A stretch of DNA of 64,000 bases. Source: Eledone cirrhosa (Eukaryota). This document shows positions 13,741 to 26,900 of this stretch, one piece after another. The stretch spans positions 122,822,001-122,886,000 of the forward strand of contig OZ024744.1 of NCBI GenBank assembly GCA_964016885.1, in the 5' to 3' direction. The notes beneath the pieces were generated by a model. The model was not told the DNA's origin. It searched no databases and saw nothing but the letters and a program-made list of their open reading frames with translations. Position numbers and translations under genes: made by a program. The first letter of the stretch is position 1. Every line of letters begins with the position of its first letter.

Positions 13741-16700
13741 TCTTTCTGTCTGACGCGTGAAACATCGCCGGTAAGATTTTTTCTAAATTTATATACGAAA
13801 AACAGAACAAATTGTTTGAAAAAACATATTATTTTGTAGATTAGCCCCCAAGCTGAATTGTCAGCTGGGTGGTAATCCCATTTTTCGCTCCTGTAGGGGC
13901 GAAAATTTTATTTTGAAAATTGTTTTAAAATATCAAATTTTACAAACTATAAAACATGAATAACACGAAGGGAACACTGGAGAATGTCAATAGAGAAAAG
14001 AGAGAGAAAGAGGCAGATATTAACGTTATATCTGCCTCTGCTACTATGAACGTCGCCATAGATACGACTGTCAACAAAGAGGAAAAAATGTTACCACTCG
14101 AAAATTGTACAATTTCTACCGTCGAAGCGAAGAAAAATAACACTAACTCACATGAAAACACAGAAATTAAACCTATTAACATACATACACATGAAAAAGA
14201 CATCAACAACTCCACAGATACATCTACACATAATGTTTCACCTCGTCAAGGAACTGAGATTTCCAACACCGAGGCTAACAACAACAAGAACAGCAACACC
14301 ACACAAAAAAAGAAAATGTCATTCGCTGAAACAGTGAACAAAAAACAAGATTTTATAAATCTTGATATCTCCAATGCAAGAGATATGCTCCAGCAAGGGA
14401 GAAAATTTGTAACTTTCGAAGAAAAAGGTGGGTTTAGAATTAACTCACCCCTTGAAATAAAGGAAGACACAGTGCGCAGATCAGTCACTTCTAGGACTGT
14501 GTCAAATTCCACAAGAATTCCACATTTGTTAGCCAAGCAGATATAGAAGCTACTTTCAAGGAAATTCTACCAAATATCGATTTTCTCCAACGAGGAAAAC
14601 AGTACGGAAGTGCTTCCGTACTGTTTAAAAGCGAGGTACTCGCCCAAAAACATTCTGTGACACCAATGGTGTCAAAAGCATTCACCTTTTTCCCTACATA
14701 CATTCGAAAAAGGACACAAAAATAAAAATAAAAAATATACCCCCAAACATTAACATCTGGCGGATCTTGGCTGGCTTTATAGAGCCAGAAACTGATATGA
14801 TTCTTTCGATACGAAAATCTATTCGACAAAGGTGGGCGGGTACTGATTTGGAGATTCTGTTGCAAATGAAATCGGAGAGAATCTCCAAAATATCCGAAAG
14901 AGTCGTCATCGATGATAACAACAAAATAAACATTTCGGTAGTAGGACGAACATTTCATTGCTTTCGCTGTGGTAGCATAGCATACCTAAAAGCCTCTTGT
15001 CCACAAACACACAACAACAACATCATTAGAAAAACACTATTACCAACACCAACACCAAAACAACCACCACCACCACAAGTACAAACGACAGACGAAACGA
15101 GCAACCACACCAAAACAAACAGACACTCAACCAACAACAACAGAAAAAACAGAGACAACACTCCTGAAGAACACAGCCCCATCCCATCCCACTCCATCAA
15201 ACACTACAACAAACACACCCACCGAAATACCACCACCACACAACATACCCCTACGCCACACACCTGACGATGATTATTCATCGACGGATGAAGCTGCTTC
15301 TCCTTTAAGTGAAGAATGAGAGCCGCGGAAATCTAAAAAAAAAGAGACACCACAAAACCCCCAAAACTCCAAACACCAACACCAACACACAACCACAGAC
15401 ACAAACAACAACACAAACAACACCACAGCCAAACATCCCCCTATCAGCAAAACCAACACCAACACCACCCCAAACACAAGCACCTACCATAAAAAGAAAA
15501 CTCCCGGACGAACAACAAACTAAAACAACACAACAAAAACACAAACAACAATACGTATACATCAACACAACAAGAATTTGATGGAGGTCATCTCCCAAAA
15601 CCCCAAGGTGGAGACGGAGGGCAAAACTTTCGTCATGGCAGAATCGTCTCCACAACTGAAACTTATAAGGGTTTCTATGGAAACCTATAATGACCTAAAA
15701 AATAAATTTTCACAGGACGTGGGCAACCCATCAACCGCGTCCTGTTAAAATGTTTCCCCACCCCACCCAGCACCCCATCCAACACCCAAATGGAGATTCA
15801 ACAATCCGATCTCCAGGAAACGAAAAGGTAAGTGCACCTTTCGTCCTTTTTCTCCAACTCTTCTTCACCAACATGGCTAGTTTACGAGTTGGAAGCGTGA
15901 ATGTGCGTGGCCTAGGGATACCCTGGAAACGGCCAACTTTTAAACGACCTTAGGTCACACGGTATGGATGTGATAGCCATCACCGAGTCCAGGATCCACA
16001 ACAGGCAGCAACTAACCCCTATCTTCAACAACTTTGAGATCTACGCATCTCTCTGTCAGCCAGGAGGTGGAGGTGGAGTGGCTGTTATGTTTCGGAAAAA
16101 CCTGGACGTCGAAGTACAGCAAGTACACTTGGACCCGGAGGGTAGACTGGTAGTCCTAGACGTGAACAGTATTGGAGGTGGAGCCTTCTGACTGGTGGCC
16201 GTTTATGCCCCGACCGGGCAATCGCAATCACGGCCAGGCTTCTTTAGGCGTCTAGAGTCTTTTCTGGGAACGTCTTGCTCCTTACTTTTAGTGGGGGACT
16301 GGAATGGTATCCTAGATGCACGATGGGACTATGTGGGAGCATGTCCCAGTAGAACGGGGTGCAACAGCCTCAAAACTTTAATCGGCCAATTCCAACTGGC
16401 CAATAGGTATCAATTGGATTTCCCGACTGCACCACAGTGGACGTGGGCAAACCGTAGCGGGACATCTAGATCGTATTTAGATAGGTTCTTCATTAGAGAA
16501 AGGGACAAGGAGATGTTAAGCTGGCCACGAATGCACATGGTTGCCTATTCAGATCACAAATTAGTCGTCTGCTTAGTCAACCGTGATAAGCACACATACA
16601 CAGGGACCCGGATACTGGAAGCTGAACGTGTCGTTGCCGGTACGTAAAGCTTACAGTGAACGGATAAGTAGACTAGTCAAGCAACAGTTAACGGGAGCCA

Positions 16701-19401
16701 TCGTCAACAATAGATGGTGGTACACTCTCAATAAAGCAAATAGAATAGAATCGATAGAGTTTAGCAGAGAGTTAGCCTTAGAAAAAAACAGAATAGAAAG
16801 AGAACTAGTAGCCAAGGTAGAGGAGGCACTTAGAAGTGGCAACGCGGCTAGAGTGTTAGCGTCGAGAACGGCACTGGACCAGTTCTTCGATGCGAAACAA
16901 AGAAGGCTGCGTGGTCAGAAGCAAAACACGTGCTCTAGGAAACGAAGGAGCGAAAGCTGTCAGCTGGGCCCGAGTGGCGGAGGCAAAAAGTGACAACAAG
17001 TCAACGATTTGGTCTTTGAAAGACCAAAACGGACGCGTGCTACTTGACCCCAAGCAAATGTGCGCGGCCTTTCAGCAGTACTTAGCGCGACTGTTTGAGC
17101 AGAACGACGGTGAGCCGAACGGGGCAATGGACTTTGGTTCATACCTTGACGGCCTGCCGCGTCTCTCGAACACTGACGCCGAGTTCTGCGAAAGACCGAT
17201 CACGGACACTGAGGTACGGGACGCTCTGTGCCGCTGCGGGAAACGCAAGTCACCCGGTCTAGATGGTCTACCCTATGAGTTTTACATAGGCATGCTGGAT
17301 TTGTTCTCTGGCGTCCTCAAAGCCGTCTACTACAATTGGCAGCAGAACGGGTGAATTCCCAGTTCTGCAGGCAAGGGCGTAGTGACGCTGATCAGGAAAG
17401 ACGAGAACAAGGGGGACGAACTAAGCAACTTTAGGCCCATAACTCTGCTCAACACAGAGTTAAAGATTTTGGCCAAGGTGCTAGCAACGAGGTTGGCTCT
17501 TGTCGTCGAGAACCTGGTAGGGAAAGCGCAAACGTGTGCAATCCCGACCAGGTCCATACACGACAACCTCCACCTCATGCGATACATCATAGAGAGGGTA
17601 GGGTGTAAACCCGGCTTTGGTGGGGCTCTGATCAACTTGGATCAGTCTAAGACATTCGATAGGGTCGACCATCGATACTTGGAAGCGGTTCTCAAGGCGG
17701 CCGGTTTCGGTCCCGTTTTCAGAGGCTGGATCGAGGCGATGCACACCAGCATCTGCTCGAGGCTCAAGGGGAACGGCTACCTATCGGAGCCCTTCGCAAT
17801 CACGCGTTCCATTCGACAGGGATGCCCTCTCTCCTCCATTCTGTATGTATTGACTCTAGAGCTACTACTGCGGAAATTGGAGCTGTTGCAGGGCATCCCT
17901 CTAGAATCGGGACTGCGCAAAGCGGCGTCGGCTTATGCAGACGACGTGACGGTAATGGTGTCGAGCACCTCGGAAATCGGGGTGATCGGCAACTTACTGA
18001 AAGAATACGAAACGCTGACGGGGGCAAAACTAAACCCGGACAAGTCTGTCGGTTTGCAACTCGGTATGTGGAGAGGGAAACCGATGACATCCGACAGCGT
18101 CATTGGATGCTGGATGGAAGGACCGGTGAAATTGCTCGGGGTCTGGTTCGGTCCAGACCTCCAGGTGGAGAAAAACTGGAACGAGGTCATGGCCAAGGTG
18201 TTTGCACTCACACAGAAGTGGGCAGAGTGCAGACTGTCCTTGAAAGGTCGAGCGGAAGTGGCGACACTTTCATAGCGTCCGTCATCTACTACCGCTTGAC
18301 TGTCGTGCCTTGTCCCCGTGAACACCTCGCCAAGATGGAACGCATGCTCTTCCAGTTTCTGTGGAAGAAGCAGGCTCCGCTGGTGAGGAGATCCGTCTGC
18401 TGTCAGCACCCTTCCAACGGAGGGCTGGGAATGCCGTGGCTGATGATGTGCAAACATGTGCTGAGGCTGCGGCATCTCCAGGTATTCCTCACTGACTCCC
18501 AACCGGTGTGGGCACCGTTTGTGAGACAGGCTTTCCCACAGCTCGTCTCGCTGACCGAGCTGCAATCCTGGGTCAAGAGAAGACCGACAACGATGGGCGC
18601 CTGGTACATTGAATGCGCTCAGGCGCTCACAGTCCTCTGGCAAGCGGGCGCAACAATCTGTGGAGACTCGACTTCGACATTCTATAGAGGGATTGTACGT
18701 TACAAGGGCGACGACGTGCTCGGAGAGACTCTGGGCGTCGAAGACGTTTAGCTCACCAGTCTGTTTGGTAGGACTTTCCGCCCGGGACCTATGGACAATT
18801 TCCAGAGGTCACTGGCCTGGCAGTGCTACCGAGGAGCTCTACCGGTTTGTGACAAGATCTACAGGCACGGACGCCCCGGCAGGGATCTTTCAAAAACGAA
18901 AGAGAGGCAGTTTTCCTCTGTACGGTGGCTATGGTGAAAGAGGTTATATGGTGGACGAGATTGAGGGGACTGAGGAAAGATGCCTTTCTCTCCGGACAAC
19001 AATTGATTCCCTTCTTTAAGTATCACTTTAGAAGGAGATCAGAGTGGAGAGAGAGGCACTGCACCCCAGTAAATTTACTGAAAGGTGGGTGAATGAAGCG
19101 AAAATGGCCCAAGTGATTGGGCCATCTCTGTTTATAAGCCTGTAGGTTAAAGAAGAGAGCTAAAGGAAGAAAGGAGCACTTGCACAACACGCTCCTGAAG
19201 TTGAGGGTTGTTCTATCGACGGGGTATTAAACAACCCATTTGTGGCGCCTCCCCCCTATTGGGGATTTCGATTGTTGTAATTGTTTGTTTTTATATTTTT
19301 TACACGACTGTATGTAAAATCCCCAACATGTCTTTGTATTGTCCCCGTTTCTTGTGCGCCCTTGTGGCAAATAAAGAAATATATCTATCTATCTATTTAT
19401 C
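13741..19401 (+). mobile_element. Tx1/L1-clade LINE C, full length but decayed (ORF1 13956-15831, ORF2 15873-19145, both broken)
   Basis: ORF1 pieces with degenerate knuckle CFRCGSIAYLKASC. APE motifs GSVNVRG, ITESR, GDWN, YLDR, SDH. RT motifs QGCPLS and YADD. Stops, frameshifts and a deletion near 18890. AATAAA plus (TATC)n tail at ~19370-19401. Confidence 0.95.
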
Positions 19402-19780
19402 TGGTCCTTTTCTTCCGATATCATTTCGGAACAAACATCAGGATGGAGAGAGAGGTGCTCCACCCCAGCCAGTTTTATAAAAGGTGGGTGAAAGTGGCGA
19501 GAATGGCCCGTGTGAAAGGGCCTTCTCTCTATATCAGCCTGTAGGTGAAAAAGATGGAAGAACAAGGGAGCACCCTCCCTCTGTGCTCCTGAGGAAAAGG
19601 GTTGCACACTTTTTCGGGGGTGTGTGCGACCCCCAAAACGCCTCCTCCCTATTGAGGACTTTATTGTTAATTTTATATTTGTTATTTGTTTTTTTTACTC
19701 GTTCTTTTGTGTAAACTCCCCCTTTGTATTTATCCCCTTCTTTTGCGCCCTCGTGGCAATAAATAGAAACATATCTATCT
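19402..19780 (+). mobile_element. Tx1/L1-clade LINE D, short 3' fragment of the same subfamily as B
   Basis: Ends ...RMARVKGPSLYISL* at 19544. 3' UTR is near-identical to 13476-13700. Tail ATATCTATCTA. Confidence 0.92.
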
Positions 19781-21950
19781 AGCTACGACAACCTCCATCT
19801 CATGCGATACATCATAGAGAGGGTGGGTGTAAACCTGGTTTTGGTGGGGCTCTGATCAATTTAGATCAGTCTAGGGCATTTGATAGGGTCGACCATCAAT
19901 ACTTGGAAGCAGTTCTCAAGGCGGCCGGCCTCGGTCCCGTCTTCAGAGGCTGGATCGCTGCCATACACACCAGTATCTGCTCGGCAGTCAAGGTGAATGG
20001 CTACCTATCAGAGCCATTCCAAATCATGCGTTCCTTCCGTCAGGGGTGCCCTCTCTCCCCCAATCTGTATGTACTGACTCTTGAGCTGTTACTGCGGAAA
20101 TTGGAGCTGTTGCAGGGCATCCCGATCGAACCAGGACTGCAGAAAGCAGTGTTGGCCAATGCCGACGACATCACCGTAATGGTGTTGAAAACCTCGGAAA
20201 TCAGGGTAATAGGCAACCTATTACAGGAATATGAAACGTTGACAGGAGCAAGATTAAACCCAAACAAGTCTGTCGGTTTGCAACTCGGCACATGGAGAGA
20301 CAAACCCATGCCTTCCGACAGTGTCGTTGGACGCTGGATGGAAGGACCGGTGAAATTGCTCGAGGTCTGGTTCGGTCCAGACCTCCAGGTGGACAAGAAC
20401 TGGAACGAGGTCACGGCCAAGGTGTTTGCACTCACCCAGAAGTGGGCTGAGTGCAAACTCTCCTTGAAAGGTCGAGCGGAGGTGGCGAACACTTACATAG
20501 CGTCCGTCATCTACTACCGCTTGACAGTCGTGCCTTGCCCCCGCGAATACCTTACCAAAATGGAACGCCTACTCTTCAAGTTCCTCTGGAAGAAACAGGC
20601 TCCATTGGTGATGAGATCCATCTGCTGTCAACACCCTTCTAACGGAAGGCTGGGCATGCCGTAGCTGATGATGCGCAAACATGCGCTGAGGCTACGCCAT
20701 CACCATGTATTCCTGACCGGTGAACCGGTGTGGCTGTCGTTTGTGAGACGAGCTCTTCCACAACTCGTCTCACTAACAGAGCTGCAACCCTGGGTCAAGC
20801 GAAGACCGAAAATGGGTGTCTGTCACCTGGAGTGCCTACAGGCGCTCACAGCCCTCTACTAAGCGGAAACAGCAATCAGCGGAGACTCCACTTCGGCATT
20901 CTATAGGGGATTAGTGGAGGATAAGTGCGACGACGTTCTCTGGGAAACTCTAAGCATCGAGGAGGACGAACTGACCAGTCTGTTCGGGAGGACTTTCCGT
21001 CCAGGGCCTATGGATACCTTCCAGAGATCTCTGGCCTGGCAGTGTTACCAAGGAGCTCTACCAGTTCGAGACAAAATCTACAGGCACGGACGCCCTGGCA
21101 GAGATCCTGCCAAAAGTACCTGTCCAAGATGCGAGTAGGACAATGAAACCATTCTGCACGCAATTGTTCAGTGCCCAGGGGTGACCGACCTGTGGAATTA
21201 TGTCGAACAGCTGCTGTCACGTGTAGGACGCATCCAGTTGTCAGCCGAGTCCATCGTGACGATCACGCCGCCGCCTTCATTTAAGAACGAAGGAGGGGCG
21301 GTTTTTCCTCTGTCTGGTGGCTATGGCGAAAGAGGTAATATGGCGAACGAGGTTAAAAGGACTAAGGGCAAACACCTTTCTCTCCAGACAACAACGTATC
21401 CCCTTCTTTAAGTACCACTTCAGAAGGAAGGTGAGAGTGAAGAGAGAGGTGCTACACCCCAGTAAATTCGCTGAAAGGTGAATGTGGGTGAATGTAGCAA
21501 AAATGGCCCGAGTGAATGGGCCTTCTCTGTATATAAACCTGTAGGCGAGGAAGATAAACAGAGGGAAGACGGGAACACCTACAAAACGTGTTCCTTGTGT
21601 TGAGGGTTGTTCTATCCACGGGGTGTAAAACAATCCTGCAGTAACGTTCCCCTCTACTGGGGATTTCTATTGTTATTTTATTATATATAGTTTATTGTTA
21701 TTTATTATTGTTATTTATTAATGTTATAAAGGCAAAGTCAAATCCCGCTGAGGTTGACTTTGCCTTTCATCCTTACGGGGTCGATAAAATAAAGTACCAG
21801 TAATGCACTGGGTAATTGCTGGCCTTGTGCCAAAAAGTAGAAACAGTTATTTATTAATGTTATTTATCAAAGTTATTTTTATGTAAAACCCCCGCCGTCA
21901 CGTCTTGTAATGTCCCATTTTTGTACGCCACTGTGGCAAATAAATAAAGA
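19781..21950 (+). mobile_element. Tx1/L1-clade LINE E, 5'-truncated within RT, decayed, with a SINE in its 3' UTR
   Basis: Starts at DNLHLMRYIIER. RT fragment 19903-20664 (QGCPLS, NADD) and zinc finger CPRC. ORF2 stop at 21542-21544, AATAAA at ~21938. Confidence 0.93.
21728..21845 (+). mobile_element. 5'-truncated SINE with 18-bp target-site duplication and 5' fold-back
   Basis: GTTATTTATTAATGTTAT at 21710-21727 and 21846-21863. The empty site is visible in the paralogous 3' UTR at ~29365-29390. Confidence 0.9.
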
Positions 21951-23988
21951 TATGCGCAATCCCGACCAGGTCCATACACGACAACCTCCATCTCATGCGA
22001 TACATCATAGAGAGGGTATTGTGTAAACCCGGCTTCGGTGGAGCCCTGATCAACTTGGATCAGTCTAAGGCTTTCGATAGGGTTGACGATCGTTACCTGG
22101 ATACGGTGCTCGAGGTGGAAGGCTTCGGAGCCGTGTTCAGGGGCTGGATTGCTACAATGCACAACAGAAACATCTGCTCAAGGGTTAAGGTGAACGGCTA
22201 CCTCTCGGAGCCGTTCTATATCACGCGATCCATTCGACAGGGATTCCCTCTCTCCTCCCTTCTGTACGTACTGACTCTCGAGCCACTACTGCGCAAGTTG
22301 GAGCTGCGCAGGGCAACCCTCTGGAACCGGGACTGCGGAAAGCGGCGGCGGCCTACGCCGACGACGTGACAGTAATAGTGTCGAGCGCCTCGCAAATCGA
22401 GAAGGTCGGCACCTTACTGAAGGAATACGAAAGGTTCACAGGAGCGAAGCGGAACCGGGACAAATCCATCGATTTGCAACTCGGATTGTGGAGAGGCAAA
22501 CCGATGCCTTCCGATGGCGTCGTCGGACGCTGGACGGAAGGACCAGTAAAGCTGCTCGGGGTCTGGTTTGGTCCGGACATCCAGGTGGAGAAGAACTGGA
22601 ACGAAGTGACGGCCAAGGTGTTTGCACTCACCCAGAAGTGGGCCGAGTGCAAACTATCCTTGAAAGGTCGAGCGGAGGTGGCGAACACTTTTATAGCGTC
22701 CGCCATCTACTACCGCTTGACCGTCGTGCCTTGTCCAGCCAAAAACGCTCACCAAAATGGAGCGCACGCTCTTCCAATTCCTTTGGAAGAAGCAGGCTTG
22801 TTTGGTGAGAAGATCCATCTGCTGCCAATATCCTTCCAACGGAGGGCTGGGGATGCCGTGGCTAACGATGCGCAAACACGCGCTCAGGCTGCGGCATCTC
22901 CACGTATTCCTCACCAGACAACCGGTGTGGGCCCCGTTCGTGAGGCGAGCCTTCCCACGACTCGTCTCGCTGACCGAGCTGCAGTCCAGGGTCAAGCAAA
23001 GACCGAGGAAAATGGGCGACTGGCACATCGAATGTGCTCAGGCGCTTACAGCCCTCTGGCAGGCGGACCTGGCGATCAGTGGAGACTCCACTTCGTCATT
23101 CTATAGACGGTTGATCCGCAGCAAGTGCGACGACGTGCTCGGTGAAACTCTAGGCGTAGAGGAAGACGAACTGGCCAGTCTGTTCGGTAGGACCTTCTGC
23201 CCGGGACCGATGGACAAATTCCAAAAGTCCCTGGCCTGGCAGTGCTACCGAGGAGCTCTACCAGTTCGAGACAAGCTCTACAGACATAGGCGCCCGGGCA
23301 GGGACCCTGCAAAAAAGATCTGTCCGAGGTGCGTGCGAGACGAAGAAACCGTCCTGCACGCATTCATACACTGCCCGGGCGTCACCGACCAGTGGGGCTA
23401 TGTAGAACGACTATAGTCGCGGGCGGGACCAATCCGGTTGACCACCGAGTCCATTGTCATGATCAAACCGCCACCCTCCTTCAAAAACGAAGGAGAGGCG
23501 GTTTTCCTTTGTGTGATAGCTATGGCGAAAGAGGTTGTATGGTGGACAAGGTTGAAAGGGCTGAGGTCAGACACCTTTCTCTCCGGCCAACTGATTCTTT
23601 TTTTCAAATACCACTTTGGAAGAAGAATCAGGATGGAGAGAAAGGTGCTGTACCCCAGCAAGTTTTATGAAAGGTGGGTGACAGTGGCGAGAATGGCCCG
23701 AGTGAATGGGCCTTCTCTCTATATCAGCCTGTAGGTTGAGAAAAAAGAGGAAGAGAGGAAAGGAGTACAAACTCTTCGTACTCCTGGAGATGAGGGTTGC
23801 ACATTTTTTTTCGGGGGTATGTGTTACCCATATGAGCTGTCTCCCCCTATTGAGGAAAATCGACTACTTTTTAAATTGCATTTGTGATAATATTTTACAC
23901 GTTTTTATTGTATGTAAACTTCCCCCTTTGTATTTGTCCCCTTCTTTTGTGCCCCTGTGGCTAATAAAGAAACATATCTATCCCTATC
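21951..23988 (+). mobile_element. Tx1/L1-clade LINE F, 5'-truncated within RT, decayed
   Basis: Frameshifted RT (QGFPLS, YADD at ~22354) and CPRC...H...C finger. ORF2 stop at 23732-23734. AATAAA plus ATATCTATCCCTATCT tail. Confidence 0.93.
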
Positions 23989-26900
23989 TGGGATGGACAC
24001 ACGTGTTAAACTTGCTCGGAAAGTTTTGTTTAAATTTCTTTAGAAATTCCTCATTGTGAACTTTTATTTTTATACCAATTTGTAGAGGGACTGACAGGTC
24101 AAATTTTGATCTGGTCAGTCTCCCAAAACATTGTGCCCCTCAGGGCAAAAGCATCCAAAATATTTTTGAAAAAAAAAAAACACTTCAATTTTTTTTAAAT
24201 GGCTGAAGCAAAGGCACCTACTTCTTCGTCAAAACAAGATGGGAAGGGAAAGCCATGCCTACTTGACCAGCAGGTAGTACCAGACATGGACAAAGGAATA
24301 CCAACATTATCACCTCAACATTTAGAAGAGGAACAAGCTTCAGCTGCTTGTAAGCAACTGAACGCGCCTGACGTCACAAACGTCACATGTACCCACACAC
24401 AGAAGGAAGTATGTGTAGCAAATATACCACCACAACACAATAAATGAGAACAACAACACAACAAAAGGAATCAGTGGCAACACAACAAATGAGACCATCA
24501 TCACCACCGACAACAATACAATTTCATTTGCAGCAACACTTGCTAAGCAACAGGATTTTAAATACTACTCCATGGACATTTCCAAAAGGTCCCAATATTT
24601 GGAAGAAGCTCCCAACTATGTGACGTTTGAGGGAGACACTCCACACATACACATACAAGTAAGAGAAATGACACAGAAAAAGAAGCTAATTTGTAGAACA
24701 GTTGACATCACTACCAAAAAACCCATAACGCTCCCAACAAACACTATCGAAGCTGCACTAAAAGACATCAAGCCAGACGTGGCATACCTCCAAAGAGCTA
24801 AACAGTATGGAAATGTGTCAATGCTCTTTAAGAGCGAAACTCTGGCACAAAAACACTAGGTTCACCTAATAAAAACGGATCAACACATCTTCTTCCCCAC
24901 ATACATGGGAAGAAGATCCTACAAAATAAAAATAACCAGGATCCCAGCAGAGGTAAACATATGGTGGATCCTACGCTGCATCCTGAAGAAGGATGAGGAC
25001 ACCCTCCTATCTGTAGACAGGACAGACCGGTATAACTGGTTTGGAACCATCGAGGTTCTGGTACAAATGAGGCCAGAGAGAGTTGAGAAAATACTGGAGA
25101 GGATCGTCCTTGAGGAAGATGTCATCTCCATTTTAGTGGAGGGGAAAAGACCTCAGTGCCATAAGTGTGGGAAAATCACACACTTAAAGGCCTTTTGCCC
25201 TCTCTTAAACAAACCGAGGACAAACAAGGTGTTATTACCAACACCAAAACCCCAGCATCAACACTCCAAACCAAACACAACACAAACACCTGCAACATCC
25301 ACTCCCACACCACCACAGACCAGAGACAACCACACACACAAAATCCCACTGAAAAACCCTCCATTGCCTCTTCCCTCCCTGTCAAATACTTCCACAAACA
25401 CTCCACCACACAACATACCCCTCCCATCTCCCCCTGATTCAGAAGTCTCAGATACGGGAACCTCTACATCTCCAAGTGAGAATGAAGAGGAACCACAAAA
25501 AAGACACAAAAACATTTACAGAAAACACGCACACACCTAACCCCACCATAAACACACCGCCACAAACGACAAACACATCAACAACACAATCATCACCAAC
25601 ACAACCAAACATTTCAACAAAACAAACACCCACACCACCACAATCACAAACCCCAACCACAAAAAGAAAATTACAAACAGAAACAGTACACATAAAAAAC
25701 AAAACACACTACACATACATAAAAACAAGAAACAAAGAACTGGTGGAAACTGTCCGAAAGGACCCCACAATACAAACGGAAGGGAAAACCTTCCCCACGA
25801 ACGACCCACCCCCAAACCTCAAACTTATGAGGGTAACAACCCTACAGTATGAAACTTTAAAAGAGAACTTCCCACATGATGTGGGCCCCCCCTTGCCAAA
25901 AGCCCCTTAACCGTGTCCTGCTAAAAGGATTCCCTCCCTCCCCAAACACCACCAATCTGGACATGGAGATCGAACAACCCGACCCCCAGGAAACAAAAAA
26001 GTAAGTGTTCCTGCCTTTTCTCTCCTTAACTCTTCTTCACCATCATGGCAACTATACAAGCTGTATGTTTGAATGTACATGGCCTGGGCATGTGCTGGAA
26101 ACAGGGCCAGCTTTTAAATGATCTCAGGTCACATTGTATAGATGTGATAGCCAAACCGAGTCCAGGATTCACGACAAGCAGCAGCTAACCTCCATGTTCG
26201 ATGATTTTGAGATCTACGCAGGTGAAGGGGGAGTTGCTGTTCTGTTTCGAAAAAACTTGGATCTCAAAATACAGACGATTCACTTGGACCCGGAGGGCAG
26301 CCTGGTGGTCCTGGACGTCAATAGTAGTGAAGGTGGAGCTTTCAGACTGGGACATCGCGACCAGAGTTCTTCAAGCGTCTGGAGCCATTCCTGGGAACGT
26401 CTCGCTCCTTAGTGTTAGCGGGGTACTGGAATGGCATCTTAGATGCACGTTGGAACTATGTAGGAGCTTGTGATAATAGAGGGGGGTGTAATAGCCTCAA
26501 AAATCTCATCAGCCAATTCCAACTGGTTGATAGATATCGACTAGACTTCCCAAGTGCACCACTGTGGACGTGGAGAAACCGCACTCGGTCTTCTAGATCG
26601 TATTTAGATAGATTTTTAATTAGACAGAATGATAAGGAAACATTAAGCTGTCCACAAATGCACATGGTTGCCTATTCAGACCACAAATTAGTCACCTGCG
26701 CAGTCAACCTTGATAGAACACATAGACAGGGACCCGGATACTGGAAGCTAAAGATGTCGCCCCCGGCGCGTAAGGCCTACAGTAAACGGATCAGCACCTT
26801 ATTTAAGTGCCAGTTGACGGGGGCGATCGTCAACAACAGGTGGTGGAGCTCTCTCAAGAGAGCAATTAGAATAGAATCGTGGAGCTCTCTCAAGAGAGCA

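Noticed and set aside
13765-13776. Conserved splice donor in the 5' UTR (CCG|GTAAGA in C)
   Set aside because: Absent in the sister copy H (CCGATAAGC) and in G and J, so it is not conserved.
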